Of a stretch of 64,000 nt of DNA, positions 38,732 through 49,375 are shown in pieces. Each line of letters starts with the position of its first letter. Position 1 is the stretch's first letter. This stretch comes from Eledone cirrhosa. Lineage: Eukaryota. The notes under the pieces were generated by a model. That model made no database searches, had not been told where the DNA came from, and worked only from the letters and a program-made list of their open reading frames with translations. The stretch covers positions 13,516,001-13,580,000 of the forward strand of contig OZ024753.1 in the NCBI GenBank assembly GCA_964016885.1, read 5' to 3'. A program made the translations under genes and the position numbers.

Positions 38732-39906
38732 ATGGCCTTGCTCAGTATGTAGGAAAGGTGTAGGTAGGAACTCCTTTCTCTGCCCCAAATGCAAACAATG
38801 GGTACACAAGAGATGGACAGCATGCAGCAAACAGCCACAGGAAACAAGTACTACCAATCTCTGGGAGGGCCCTGTAGAAACAGTAGACAGCTTCTGCTAC
38901 CTAGGTGACCGAATTAGCAGCGGAGGTGGGTGTTCAGAAAGTACAATAACTAGGGTAAGAACGGGATGGAAGAAGTTTAGGGAACTACTACCACTGCTAG
39001 CTGCAAAAGGCTTCTCCCTCAGAATGAAAGGCAGACTGTATGATGCGTGTATCCGAACAGCGATGTTGCATGGTAGTGAGACCTGGGCGCTGAAGGTGGA
39101 AGACTTACGGAGATTAGAGAGAAACGAAGCCTGCATGCTCCGATGGATGTGTAACAGTAATATACGTGAACGACAAAGCATAAATGAATTGAGAGAGAGA
39201 CTGAGCATAAGAGGAATCAAATGATGTGTGCAGGAGAGGCGGTTGCGCTGGTATGGACATGTGATGCGTATGAAGGATGACAGCTGCATAAAAAGGTGCA
39301 GAGCACTAAAACTCAATAGAAATCGCGGAGTGGGGAGACCCAAGATGACCTGGGATGAGGTGATAAAAGCCGACCTTACCCAATTACACCTCTCAAAGAC
39401 AATGACACACGACCGTGACTTCTGGCGTCACGCAGTAATACAGAGTACCCGACCTCCCATGGGTACAAGCTGAAGCATATAGACAATATGCCCCCCCCCC
39501 CCCCCACCGCAAGGTGGTCGTGGAGGTGCCACGGCAAAAAAAGCACCCCACCCACACTGTAAAGTGGACGTGTAGGCGCCACGAAAAAGCACCCAGCACT
39601 CACTGTAAATGAGGTTGGTGTTAGGAAGGGCATCCAGCTGTAGAAATCAAGCCAAATCAGTTCCTGTATGAGCAAGGCATGGTCAGCCGACCAGACACTG
39701 CTCACAACAGGACAACCCGTCTAACCCATGCTAGCGTGGAAGAACGGACGTAAAACGGTGATGATGATGATGATGATGATAATCAGTTCCTGTATGAGCA
39801 AAACAAGGTCAACCGACCGGACACTGCCTACAACAGGACAACCCGTCTAACCTATGCCAGCGTGGAAGAACGGACGTAAAATGGTGATGATGATGATGAT
39901 GATGAT
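38732..39906 (+). mobile_element. Related RTE subfamily copy (5'-truncated, internal deletion, premature stop at ~39222) with a duplicated 3' tail (39781-39906)
   Basis: WPCSVCRKGVGRNS..FCYLG..RRLRWYGHV; two successive aatcagttcctgtatgagcaa..gcgtggaagaacggacgtaaaa..(gat)n tails. Confidence 0.88.
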
Positions 39907-40514
39907 ATATATATGGTGGCTGCCAACTCGTTTTCGAGTACAGCTACTACTTTATATCCATGTAGGAGAACTCCTACCGATGCGCTGAACGAGTGTGACT
40001 TTTTAGTCCAGCCAGCGACTTGAAAACTCTGGTACAAACACTACACCTGTGACAATTATTGACACATAGTGCTGGGCCCATGGCACCATGTGACGACAAG
40101 TGCAGAGAGATCTCCAGATATAAAGCAATGCCTGTGCTGTGAAGCTTTTATAGTGAGCAAAGGCACTGCACAAAGCCAGTCCCACTCTCTTAACCAAGAT
40201 GATATTTACCAAAAAGAAGAACAAGTCAACATCATTGGATACCATCAGGGTTGCAGGTGTTATATCAGAGTTTTCCTTCTCCTAGAATTCTGCCTTGACA
40301 AAGGCTAAGGGCTCATCTCTCCTGGATATATATATATAGTTACATACATACATACACATATATACATAGTGGCTGCCAACGCATTTTCGAGTACGGCCAC
40401 TACTTTATATCCATGTAGGAGAACCCCTACCGATGCGCTATATATATAGATATATATATATATAAATCAGGAAAGAAGAGTGATACGGTTTGCTATACAA
40501 AAATCGTTTTTAAT

Positions 40515-40633
40515 CTAATTGCTGACAATTGTTTCTCTGAACTGGTAGGTCTATAGATCGCTACCCGCTTGTTTTCACGTCATTCGATCACCAATACAAA
40601 GTTATAACCAGTCAATTCATCGGAGCTTGTGAG
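40515..40633 (-). ncRNA. Type I hammerhead motif with 81-nt stem II, palindromic stem III (ACAATTGT) and GUC site; core variant CCGATGA
   Basis: Minus strand: gct-CCGATGA-att-gactggt...accagtt-cag-a-GAAAC-AATT-GTC-agc. Confidence 0.6.
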
Positions 40634-40877
40634 AATGAAAGGAATATACAGGCATGGCTTCTATATATAGTAATGGCATTCAATCAGAACAATAACAACA
40701 ATACTAACAATGCTAGCAATAAATTATTTGAAATAATCACATCAATCTAGGTAAGAAATATAGTATATCTACGACTTTAGCATGTAAAACTTGGTGACAT
40801 GAGGGAGATGTATGAAATTGACATATAAATATATAAAATGTATAAAATTGACATGTAAATATATATATATATATATA

Positions 40878-41239
40878 TCATCATCATCATCATTATCACA
40901 TTTTATTATTACATTGACATGTAAATATATAAATGTATTATTACATTGACATGTAAATATATAAATGTATCATCATCATCATCATCATTATCACATTTTA
41001 TTATTACATTGACATGTAAATATATAAATGTATTATTACATTGACATGTAAATATATAAATGTATCATCATCATCATCATCATTATCACATTTTATTATT
41101 ACATTGACATGTAAATATATAAATGTATTATTACATTGACATGTAAATATATAAATGTATCATCATCATCATCATCATTATCACATTTTATTATTACATT
41201 GACATGTAAATATATAAATGTATTATTACATTGACATGT
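40878..41239. repeat. 95-bp tandem repeat (~4 copies) with an internal ~32-bp subrepeat and (CAT)n
   Basis: cattatcaca recurs at 40891, 40986, 41081, 41176. Confidence 0.9.
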
Positions 41240-41526
41240 CTTAACAACTCGGCCATCGCAGCATCATATATATATATATATAGGGGGAGGGCGTTAAGAA
41301 GGGCATCCAGCCGTAGAATACCAGCCAGAAGCAGTCCTATAAGAGTGAGACACGGTCAGCCGACCCTACCTCCTTCTAAATGGGACAAACCCGTCTAACC
41401 CATGCTAGAGTGGAAGATGGATTTTAAACGATGATATATATATTTATATATTTGTCACAAACAGTCTTGACCGGCATGGGCTGAGGTTTGGATTCTGTCG
41501 ATCGATTGGTTATTGATTAGGGGATA

Positions 41527-41637
41527 CCCGCTGATGAAGCCGCATAAGCCGATTATGCATTGTTGCAGAAGATATGCAGACGGAGGGTGCAGTGTACCTT
41601 ACTGCTGCATTAAGTGCGGCCGAAACTCGAGTCCGGG
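41527..41637 (+). ncRNA. Type I hammerhead ribozyme with intact core, 84-nt branched stem II and palindromic stem III; predicted cleavage after C41633
   Basis: cccg-CTGATGA-a-gccgca...tgcggc-c-GAAAC-TCGA-GTC-cggg; all conserved core nucleotides present. Confidence 0.75.
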
Positions 41638-41795
41638 AACTATTAAAAGCACTCGTTTTACGTGTGTTGTATTGAAGCGAATAACTATGTGTATACTCTG
41701 GGAATGTATCTTACATTACCTATTGAGTACGCTGAGATACAACTGGTCCTGGCATTGATAAATATGCTGGGTCCGTCAACTCCTTATTATATATA

Positions 41796-41983
41796 GGGTG
41801 GTGGATTGGCAGTATCGGTAGAGGGTCAGACGCCATGCTTTCCATCATAGTTACGTCCCTTTACGATCTGAGTTCAAATCCCGTTGAGGTTGACTTTACC
41901 TTTCATCCTTACGGGGTCGATAAAATAAAGTACCAGTAATGCACTGGGTAATTGCTGGCCTTGTGCCTAAAGTAGAAACAATT
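41796..41983 (+). mobile_element. tRNA-derived SINE with a Meta/Sauria-type central domain
   Basis: tggcagtatcggtag (A box), gagttcaaatcc (B box), cctttcatccttacggggtcgataaaataaagtaccag, tail gctggccttgtgcctaaagtagaaa. Confidence 0.65.
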
Positions 41984-42036
41984 ATATATATATATCAATG
42001 ATATTAATAAATGGAAACTATTTATAAAACCATATT

Positions 42037-42097
42037 TATTTTATTATATATATTTCAAGGGTAGCAAAATTTTGGTTTGCTCTCATCAGATAAAATA
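42037..42097 (-). ncRNA. Type I hammerhead ribozyme with intact core, 8-bp stem I, (AT)-palindromic stem III and AUA site
   Basis: Minus strand: tattttat-CTGATGA-gag...ctt-GAAA-T-ATAT-A-TA-ataaaata. Confidence 0.65.
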
Positions 42098-42259
42098 CAA
42101 AATTTGTTTTATAAATGGTGACATACCCAAGAAACCAGACCTTATCAGGTCAGGTTCAGTTTGGATATCATTGATATTATACTCCAGAAAACTTGTAGAG
42201 TGCTTCGAATATGTTATAAATAAATTTGTTGAATAACCAATAAACTAAATATCTCTTTG

Positions 42260-42308
<49 letters not shown>

Positions 42309-42656
42309 AAATAGTAGAGAAGAAAAGGATTTTTCAGTAGAAAATGCTGAAGATATTCCTTCAGTATTTCCGCATTTAATAATGGTACCAGTTTCAGCAT
42401 TATACGCTTTTTCAACTGCGGATATGCATAATGTAGTTATGTTGCATATTTATACGAATAATAAAAAGGGGAAGAAAAATTATTAGTTTTTACATACATA
42501 TTTAGAGAGGAGAGTTCATATCTCTGTCTGTGGTTGTCCTTCGTTGTCTGTTAGTTGGCTGACAGAAGTATATATAAGTATATATATATATATATCCACA
42601 ATACAGAGCACTCACAACCTCTAACTGGATTACCTAAAATGATAATTTGTTATCCC

Positions 42657-42684
<28 letters not shown>

Positions 42685-42687
<3 letters not shown>

Positions 42688-42840
42688 CATCATCATCATC
42701 AACATTATCATCATTTTACGTCCGCTTTTACCTGCTTGCAAGGGTGGGACGGGAACTGATTCTGGCTTGATTTCTACAGCTGGATGCCTTTCCTAACACC
42801 AACCTCATTTACAGTGAGTCCTGGGTGCGTTTTTGCTGTG
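42685..42840 (-). mobile_element. SINE/RTE 3'-tail fragment
   Basis: Matches 30870-31000. Confidence 0.75.
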
Positions 42841-42842
42841 CT

Positions 42843-43524
42843 ATTAGGACTGGTGCTCTGAAATAGCGATATATACATGAATGTATGTATAGTATATTTG
42901 GCAATATACCATATGTTTAATTAAAAACATTTTGAAGACCTTACGCTATCATTTTTAAAGTAGTGACTATGTCACTTACTTCTTTTCAGCGAAAGAAGGG
43001 AGCGAAGCTAACAGTCTGTTTCATGCTGTTGGCAATCATCAGAGCTACGTACTGCCCTCTTCTGCCGAAAATTATAGAAGCTGGATTCTTATAGAATTCC
43101 AGTAATAATCAGGAGCTGATTATACAGAGCGATTGCCAGTCCAGCAAAAATTAGGTATTAGGATTGGTGCTCTGAAATAGCGGCATATACATGAATGTAT
43201 GTATAGTATATTTGGCAATATACCGTATGTTTAATTAAAAACATTTTGAAGACCTTGCGTTATCATTTTTAAAGTAGTGACCATGTCACTTACTTCTTTT
43301 CGGTGAAAGAAGGCAGAGAAGCTAACAGTCTGTTTCTCTGCCGGAAGAGGGCAGTACGTAGCTCTGATGATTGCCAACAGCATGAAACAGACTGTTAGCT
43401 TCTCTTCCTTCTTTTGCCGAAAAGAAGTAAGTGACATAGTCACTACTTTAAAAATGATAGCGTAAGGTCTTCAAAATGTTTTTAATTAAACATACGGTAT
43501 ATTGCCAAATATACTATGCATACA

Positions 43525-43530
<6 letters not shown>
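42843..43530. repeat. Direct-plus-inverted repeat unit (pLTR-like architecture) with hammerhead motifs at 43006-43046 (-) and 43360-43400 (+)
   Basis: 42843-43022 repeats directly at 43157-43336; 43340-43530 is the inverted copy; agct-CTGATGA-t-tgc-caaca-gca-t-GAAA-CA-GAC-TG-TT-agct. Confidence 0.75.
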
Positions 43531-43574
<44 letters not shown>

Positions 43575-43576
<2 letters not shown>

Positions 43577-43691
43577 GCAGAGTGGTTAGAGATTAGAGAA
43601 TTGAATTTACAATCTTGAGGTTGTCAGTTCGATTCCTGGACCGGGCGATACTTTATGTTCTTGAGCGAGACACTTTATTTCCCGTTGCTCC
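43575..43691 (+). mobile_element. tRNA/CORE SINE 5' half
   Basis: ggcagagtggttagag, gttcgattcc, ttcttgagcgagacactttatttcccgttgctcc; homologous to the head of the 30851-31197 SINE. Confidence 0.7.
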
Positions 43692-43811
43692 TTCTACCTG
43701 GAGTTGCAACCGATAGATAGTACTAGCAACTGGAAAGACCGATGAAAACATTGTTTCCTCGGTCCGATTTGCCGAAGTCGATCGATCCTTCATGTCTATA
43801 TATATATATAT

Positions 43812-45038
43812 AGACCCGCCTTACCTAAATACAAAGTAAAACCTACTACAGTCAGTAGGCATCTCTAACAAAATACACCCCCGTCCCACCACCCCCACCC
43901 CATCCACACCGCCCCTTTCAATGTAAAGTTATGTTGGTGCCACAAAATCCAGGCCGAAACAAATGAGATCGTGTAGGTGTCACGACAAAAAAACAGACAG
44001 TCCACGCTGTAATGTGGCCGTGTAGGCAACACGGTAAAAACCTCCCAGTCCCACACTGTAAATGTGGTTGGTGTTAGGAAGGGCATCCAGCTGTAGAAAA
44101 CCCACCAGACAGTCCACGCTGTAATGTGCCCGTGTAGGCAACACGGTAAAAACCTCCCAGCCCCACACTGTAAATGTAAATGTGGTTGGTGTTAGGAAGG
44201 GCATCCAACTGTAGAAAACCCGCCAGACAGTCCACGCTGTAATGTGGCCGTGTAGGCAACATGGTAAAAACCTCCCAGCCCCACACTGTAAATGTAAATG
44301 TGGTTGGTGTTAGGAAGGGCATCCAACTGTAGAAAACCCGCCAGACAGTCCACGCTGTAATGTGGCCGTGTAGGCAACACGGTAAAAACCTCCCAGCCCC
44401 ACACTGTAAATGTAAATGTGGTTGGTGTTAGGAAGGGCATCCAACTGTAGAAAACCCGCCAGACAGTCCACGCTGTAATGTGGCCGTGTAGGCAACATGG
44501 TAAAAACCTCCCAGCCCCACACTGTAAATGTAAATGTGGTTGGTGTTAGGAAGGGCATCCAACTGTAGAAAACCCGCCAGACAGTCCACGCTGTAATGTG
44601 GCCGTGTAGGCAACATGGTAAAAACCTCCCAGCCCCACACTGTAAATGTAAATGTGGTTGGTGTTAGGAAGGGCATCCAACTGTAGAAAACCCGCCAGAC
44701 AGTCCACGCTGTAATGTGGCCGTGTAGGCAACACGGTAAAAACCTCCCAGTCCCACACTGTAAATGTGGTTGGTGTTAGGAAGGGCATCCAGCTGTAGAA
44801 AACCCGCCAGACAGTCCACGCTGTAATGTGGGCGTGTAGGCAACACGGTAAAAACCTCCCAGCCCCACACTGTAAATGTAAATGTGGTTGGTGTTAGGAA
44901 GGGCATCCAACTGTAGAAAACCCGCCAGACAGTCGTATGCGAGCAAGACAATCACTCTTGCCTCAAGTGGAAAACTCCCGTCCAAACCCATGCAAGCGTG
45001 GGACATGGACGTTAAACGATGATGATGATGATGATGAT
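43812..45038 (+). mobile_element. RTE 3' UTR copy containing a 112/118-bp tandem array (~8 units, ~43995-44933)
   Basis: Colinear with 37885-38291 except that the segment between two ACAGTCC motifs is repeated; ORF-track starts are spaced exactly 118 bp apart. Confidence 0.92.
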
Positions 45039-45135
45039 ATATCCAGGGAGTGTAACTTGGAGTTACTGTAGGTTCACCCGGGTGTGCACTCGATGTTTAG
45101 GTTCACTTCAGTGTAGAGCGAGACACAGTGTATTA

Positions 45136-45248
45136 TAGTGAAAAGATAACAATGACGATTGGTTATTCTTTCATTACATTTATTGGTTGGTGACGCGCAT
45201 CACCAACCAATAAATGTAATGAATAACGTCCTTGTTATCTTTTCACTA
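45136..45248. other. Fold-back palindrome: perfect 24-bp inner stem, 6-nt loop, extended outer arms
   Basis: ttcattacatttattggttggtga-cgcgca-tcaccaaccaataaatgtaatgaa, flanked by tagtgaaaagataacaa / ttgttatctttttcacta. Confidence 0.9.
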
Positions 45249-46269
45249 CATATATATATGATCTATTTAATGTCTCTATGCTAGTGTGTTTTCTTGTCCT
45301 TTAACTTAGCGGCTGAACAAAAAGAGATCGATAAAAAGTACCAAAATAATAATTGGTGTCGATATGATCAACTATATTAAGGTGGTGCCCCAGTTTGACT
45401 GCAGTAGGCCTAAAAGACATATAAACCATTCTGGAGTTATCTGCCCTTGTATTTAATGGTGAAGTCGAAAATTAATCGAAGTATATTATTACTTGTATAG
45501 AAAGAAATACTTATTTATATACAAAGCAGGTGAAATAGGACCCGAAAATATCTTCACATTTATGTCTTCTTCTTAGGTAAATTTCATATGTACATATTTA
45601 ATATTTGACTTCTAATAAGTTTTTATTTCTCTTTCTCTCGCTTTGATGTGTTATATTTGTGAGTTTCCTAGAAACAATTAATTGTATTTATTATATGTGT
45701 TTATATTTTTATCCTATATAATGCTATTTATGTATATATTCAAAACGTAATAAACACTGTATTTGCTACTAATAGGTTTTTAAATGATTCGAAATTATTC
45801 TTACGTTGACGAAATACGATTTGTTTTCATGAAGTTGTTTTGATATTCCAACGTAATTATATTATCATATAACAAATGTATGAAATTAAATAGAAAGACA
45901 ATTATAATAATAATGAAATTATTGTGTACAGTGCTCAGGTGCACTACAACTCATCAATTATTATAATTAATTATTGCTAGGAACCTTATAAATATAATAC
46001 ACAAAAATATATAATCAAAGCGATAGAAAAACCCCACCAATTCTGTGAAAGTAGGAAATTAGTGTGCGTGTTTGTGATAAACTTGATTATAATACAGCCG
46101 GTGCTGGATTTTGACCTTGAGTATCCTCTCATGCACAACAAATTAGAATACACAGCAAAACCACCAATTTTACACATCAAAATTAGCTTGGTGCATGTAA
46201 TCGAAATTGAAAAGTTATACAGACAGCTATTAAATAAAAAAAATTGTAGCCATCCTAAAACTAAAAACC

Positions 46270-46620
46270 CCAGCTGAGTGCACAAGGAGTAAGATCCTCA
46301 AATACTGTGATCTGTCGGCCAGTTACATTTTTCAGCCTGTGACTTTCGAGACGTTTGGGGGAGTCAGGCCGCTGACTGCGAGGTTTCTCTCTTCACTGGC
46401 GGCTCACCTAATAGAGGTAACTGGCGAATCTCGCGAGGGCGCTTGGCTGTTTCAGCGCATTAGCCTCGCCATCACCCACCCGACGCAAGGCTGCCAGTGT
46501 GCTGGCTTGCCTCAGAAATCATTAGAGAGGTTCGCCGGTACGCCTTGCGATGCTGGTGTTGGCTCCGTTGTTCACCGCTTCCTTTACATTTTCTTTAATA
46601 TTGCAACATTAAAAGAATAG
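46270..46620 (+). mobile_element. CRE-clade non-LTR retrotransposon 3' fragment (restriction-like endonuclease C-terminus)
   Basis: KILKY..FQPVTFETFGG..FLSSLAAHLIEVTGESREGAWLFQRISLAI fits the CRE RLE C-terminal consensus; second copy at 2505-2700. Confidence 0.72.
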
Positions 46621-47189
46621 GCATACGTCAAAATGGACGGTCTCAAAAGGGAAACAAATTTTTGATAGTTACGTACGTCATTATTTTCAATTTGAATTGT
46701 GAATACGTGATATTTTTTTATACACATCCACAAACTTATAGATGTATATACACATGTACAACATATATATGTGTGTATATGTACACATATACACACATAT
46801 ATATATACAAACACATATATATATATATACAAACACATATATATATATACAAACACACACACATATATATATATATATACATACACACACACATATATAT
46901 ACACATATATACACACCCACACATATATATATATATTAAGAAATCCATACAATTGCGTGTGTCTGCATTATAGTCATCTCGAAGTTAAATCTAGCCCTGA
47001 CTACACCCCCTACTTCTCAGTTGTCCTATGCAGTGGTCCGCCCCAACCTCTTTTTTATTTAAAGAAATTTATCTACAGATCCCTCTGTCCCTATAGTTAC
47101 GCCCCTTCCACATTGTTATACGACAACAATAATTGTTTCTACTTTTGGCACAAGGCCAACAAATTACACCAGTGTATTACTGGTATTTT

Positions 47190-47352
47190 ACTGTAAATGT
47201 GGTTGGTGTTAGGAAGGGCATCCAGCCATAGAAAACCCGCCAGACAGTCCTATGCGAGCAAGTCAACCACTCTTGCCTCAAGTGGGAAAACTCCCGTCCA
47301 AACCCATGCAAGCGTGGAATATGGACGTTAAACGATGATGATGATGATGATG
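47190..47352 (+). mobile_element. RTE 3' tail fragment
   Basis: Matches 38128-38291. Confidence 0.8.
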
Positions 47353-47586
47353 ACTCATTCTGAGAAATGATTAAATATATTTTGGAAAGGAAGTTGCTAT
47401 TTGAAAGATAACTTATTTGTTGCTAATGTAAAAGTGAAACACCTGGAAGTTGCTCATTATCAATAAGATATGCTATGCTAGAGTTAGGTCATCGCAATAA
47501 GGGTTTTTTGGGGTGGTGATGGGGTGTTTAATTTCTAGCAATTGCTTATTATTTTAAAAATCGACCATAATGGTATATCGTGTGTG

Positions 47587-47634
<48 letters not shown>

Positions 47635-48811
47635 AGATACCCACATATATATATATATACACACACACACATTTATATAATACATACACATATATATATA
47701 TATGGACCTTCCAGTTTCATTTCACATTATATACATGTCTGTGTATATTTTAATTATTAAAAACATTTTTGTAAGTGAACATGATTTAACGGGTCATGGG
47801 TGGGCTAGTATCTTATCATATCTTCTTCATTGTTTTTCAACCTGTTTTTCTATGCTTGCATGGATTAGACGACTCCTCTGCAGCTCAACATCTCTTCACT
47901 TCTCTCATCCTTTCTTGTCTTCTTTGTCAGTTGCTGTTCAAAGTCAACTTTGCACACCTCTGTCCACATCTGTCTTGGTCTTCCTCTTCTACAACTTCCT
48001 TCCACTTAAAACTCTTTGCATTTTGTTCACCAACTGTAGCAATCATCATCTATCTACTTTCAGTGTCGATACCAGCATAATCTTCTCCTGCAAGCAACAT
48101 CTGATTCCTTTTTATGCACAATATTTTTATCTGGCTTTCTACCAGGTTGTATCTCATAGAAAGTTCCTTGGTTGACTTAATAATAGGGGCCACATTCCTA
48201 TCATGTTGTTACTACAGCTCACAACTGTATAGGTTTATCCGGCTTGTTACCAGGTTGTATCTCATAGGGTTTTTTTTTAAAAAGGACCTCAGTCCTATCA
48301 TGTTATAACAGCTCACATCCAACAGAGCAGGCTCAATTCAGTTCTCTCCAGCCTTTGTATATCCCTCCCGCCTGAAGAAGGAGTTCAGTGGGGTGAAATG
48401 GCTGTCCCAATTCTTATGACATTTTATCTGCAGGGCACAGTTGAGTTGTATTGCCCAGCGCCAAGTGTCCCCTCCTCCTTTGTATTTATTTATTTTTCTT
48501 TTTTTTTTTTTCTCTTCCTGTTGGTAAACACAGTGGAACCCTGGTTTATAAAAATCAGTTCACAAACAATTCTTCCGAACATAAAATGTCTTGGTTCATG
48601 AACAATGTCTCAAGTAATGAACACACAAGTTGGCAACAATGGTTGGCAACAAACAACATTGAGGGATGAATTAACCCTTTAGCATTTAAACCGGCCATAT
48701 CTGGCCAGAACTCTCTCAGCTCTTTGTGTTCAAACCGGCTGTAACCGGCCTCTCACACTGATGTTAAGCTACTGTTCTCAAAATAAATAATATCAAAATC
48801 TCATAGATTTG

Positions 48812-49138
48812 ATATTATGTGAGGTAAAGCCTTTACTGTGAAAATACAATAGTATATATAGAGTAATGTAAATGTTATGTGAGGTAAAGCCTTTATTGTG
48901 AAAATACAATAGTATATATAGAGTAATGTAAATGTTATGTGAGATATTATGTGAGGTAAAGCCTTTACTGTGAAAATACAATAGTATATATAGAGTAATG
49001 TAAATGTTATGAGATATTATGTGAGGTAAAGCCTTTACTGTGAAAATACAATAGTATATATAGAGTAATGTAAATGTTATGTGAGATATTATGTGAGGTA
49101 AAGCCTTTACTGTGAAAATACAATAGTATATATAGAGT
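48812..49138. repeat. 60/72-bp tandem array, left part (~5 units)
   Basis: ttatgtgag(atattatgtgag)gtaaagcctttactgtgaaaatacaatagtatatatagagtaatgtaaatg. Confidence 0.93.
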
Positions 49139-49375
49139 GGTTTCTTTATTTGCCACTAGGGCACAAAAGGTAGGGACAGATACAAGGGGGGAAGTTTACA
49201 TATAATTAACGAGTACAAAAATATAACAATGAAATAACAACAACAAACGAAGTCCTCAATAGGGAGGGGGCATTAACATGGGTCGCACACACCCCGGAAA
49301 AAATGTGTAACCCTTCTCCTCAGGAGCACAAAGAGTAGGTGCTTCCCTCGTCTCCGCTTTTTCCTCTTCTTTCAC

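Noticed and set aside
39915-40000. Possible HDV-like ribozyme (ggctgcc...ctgaacgag), duplicated at 40370-40440
   Set aside because: Pairing order does not fit the nested double pseudoknot: no P3/P1.1 between P2 and the P1 3' strand.
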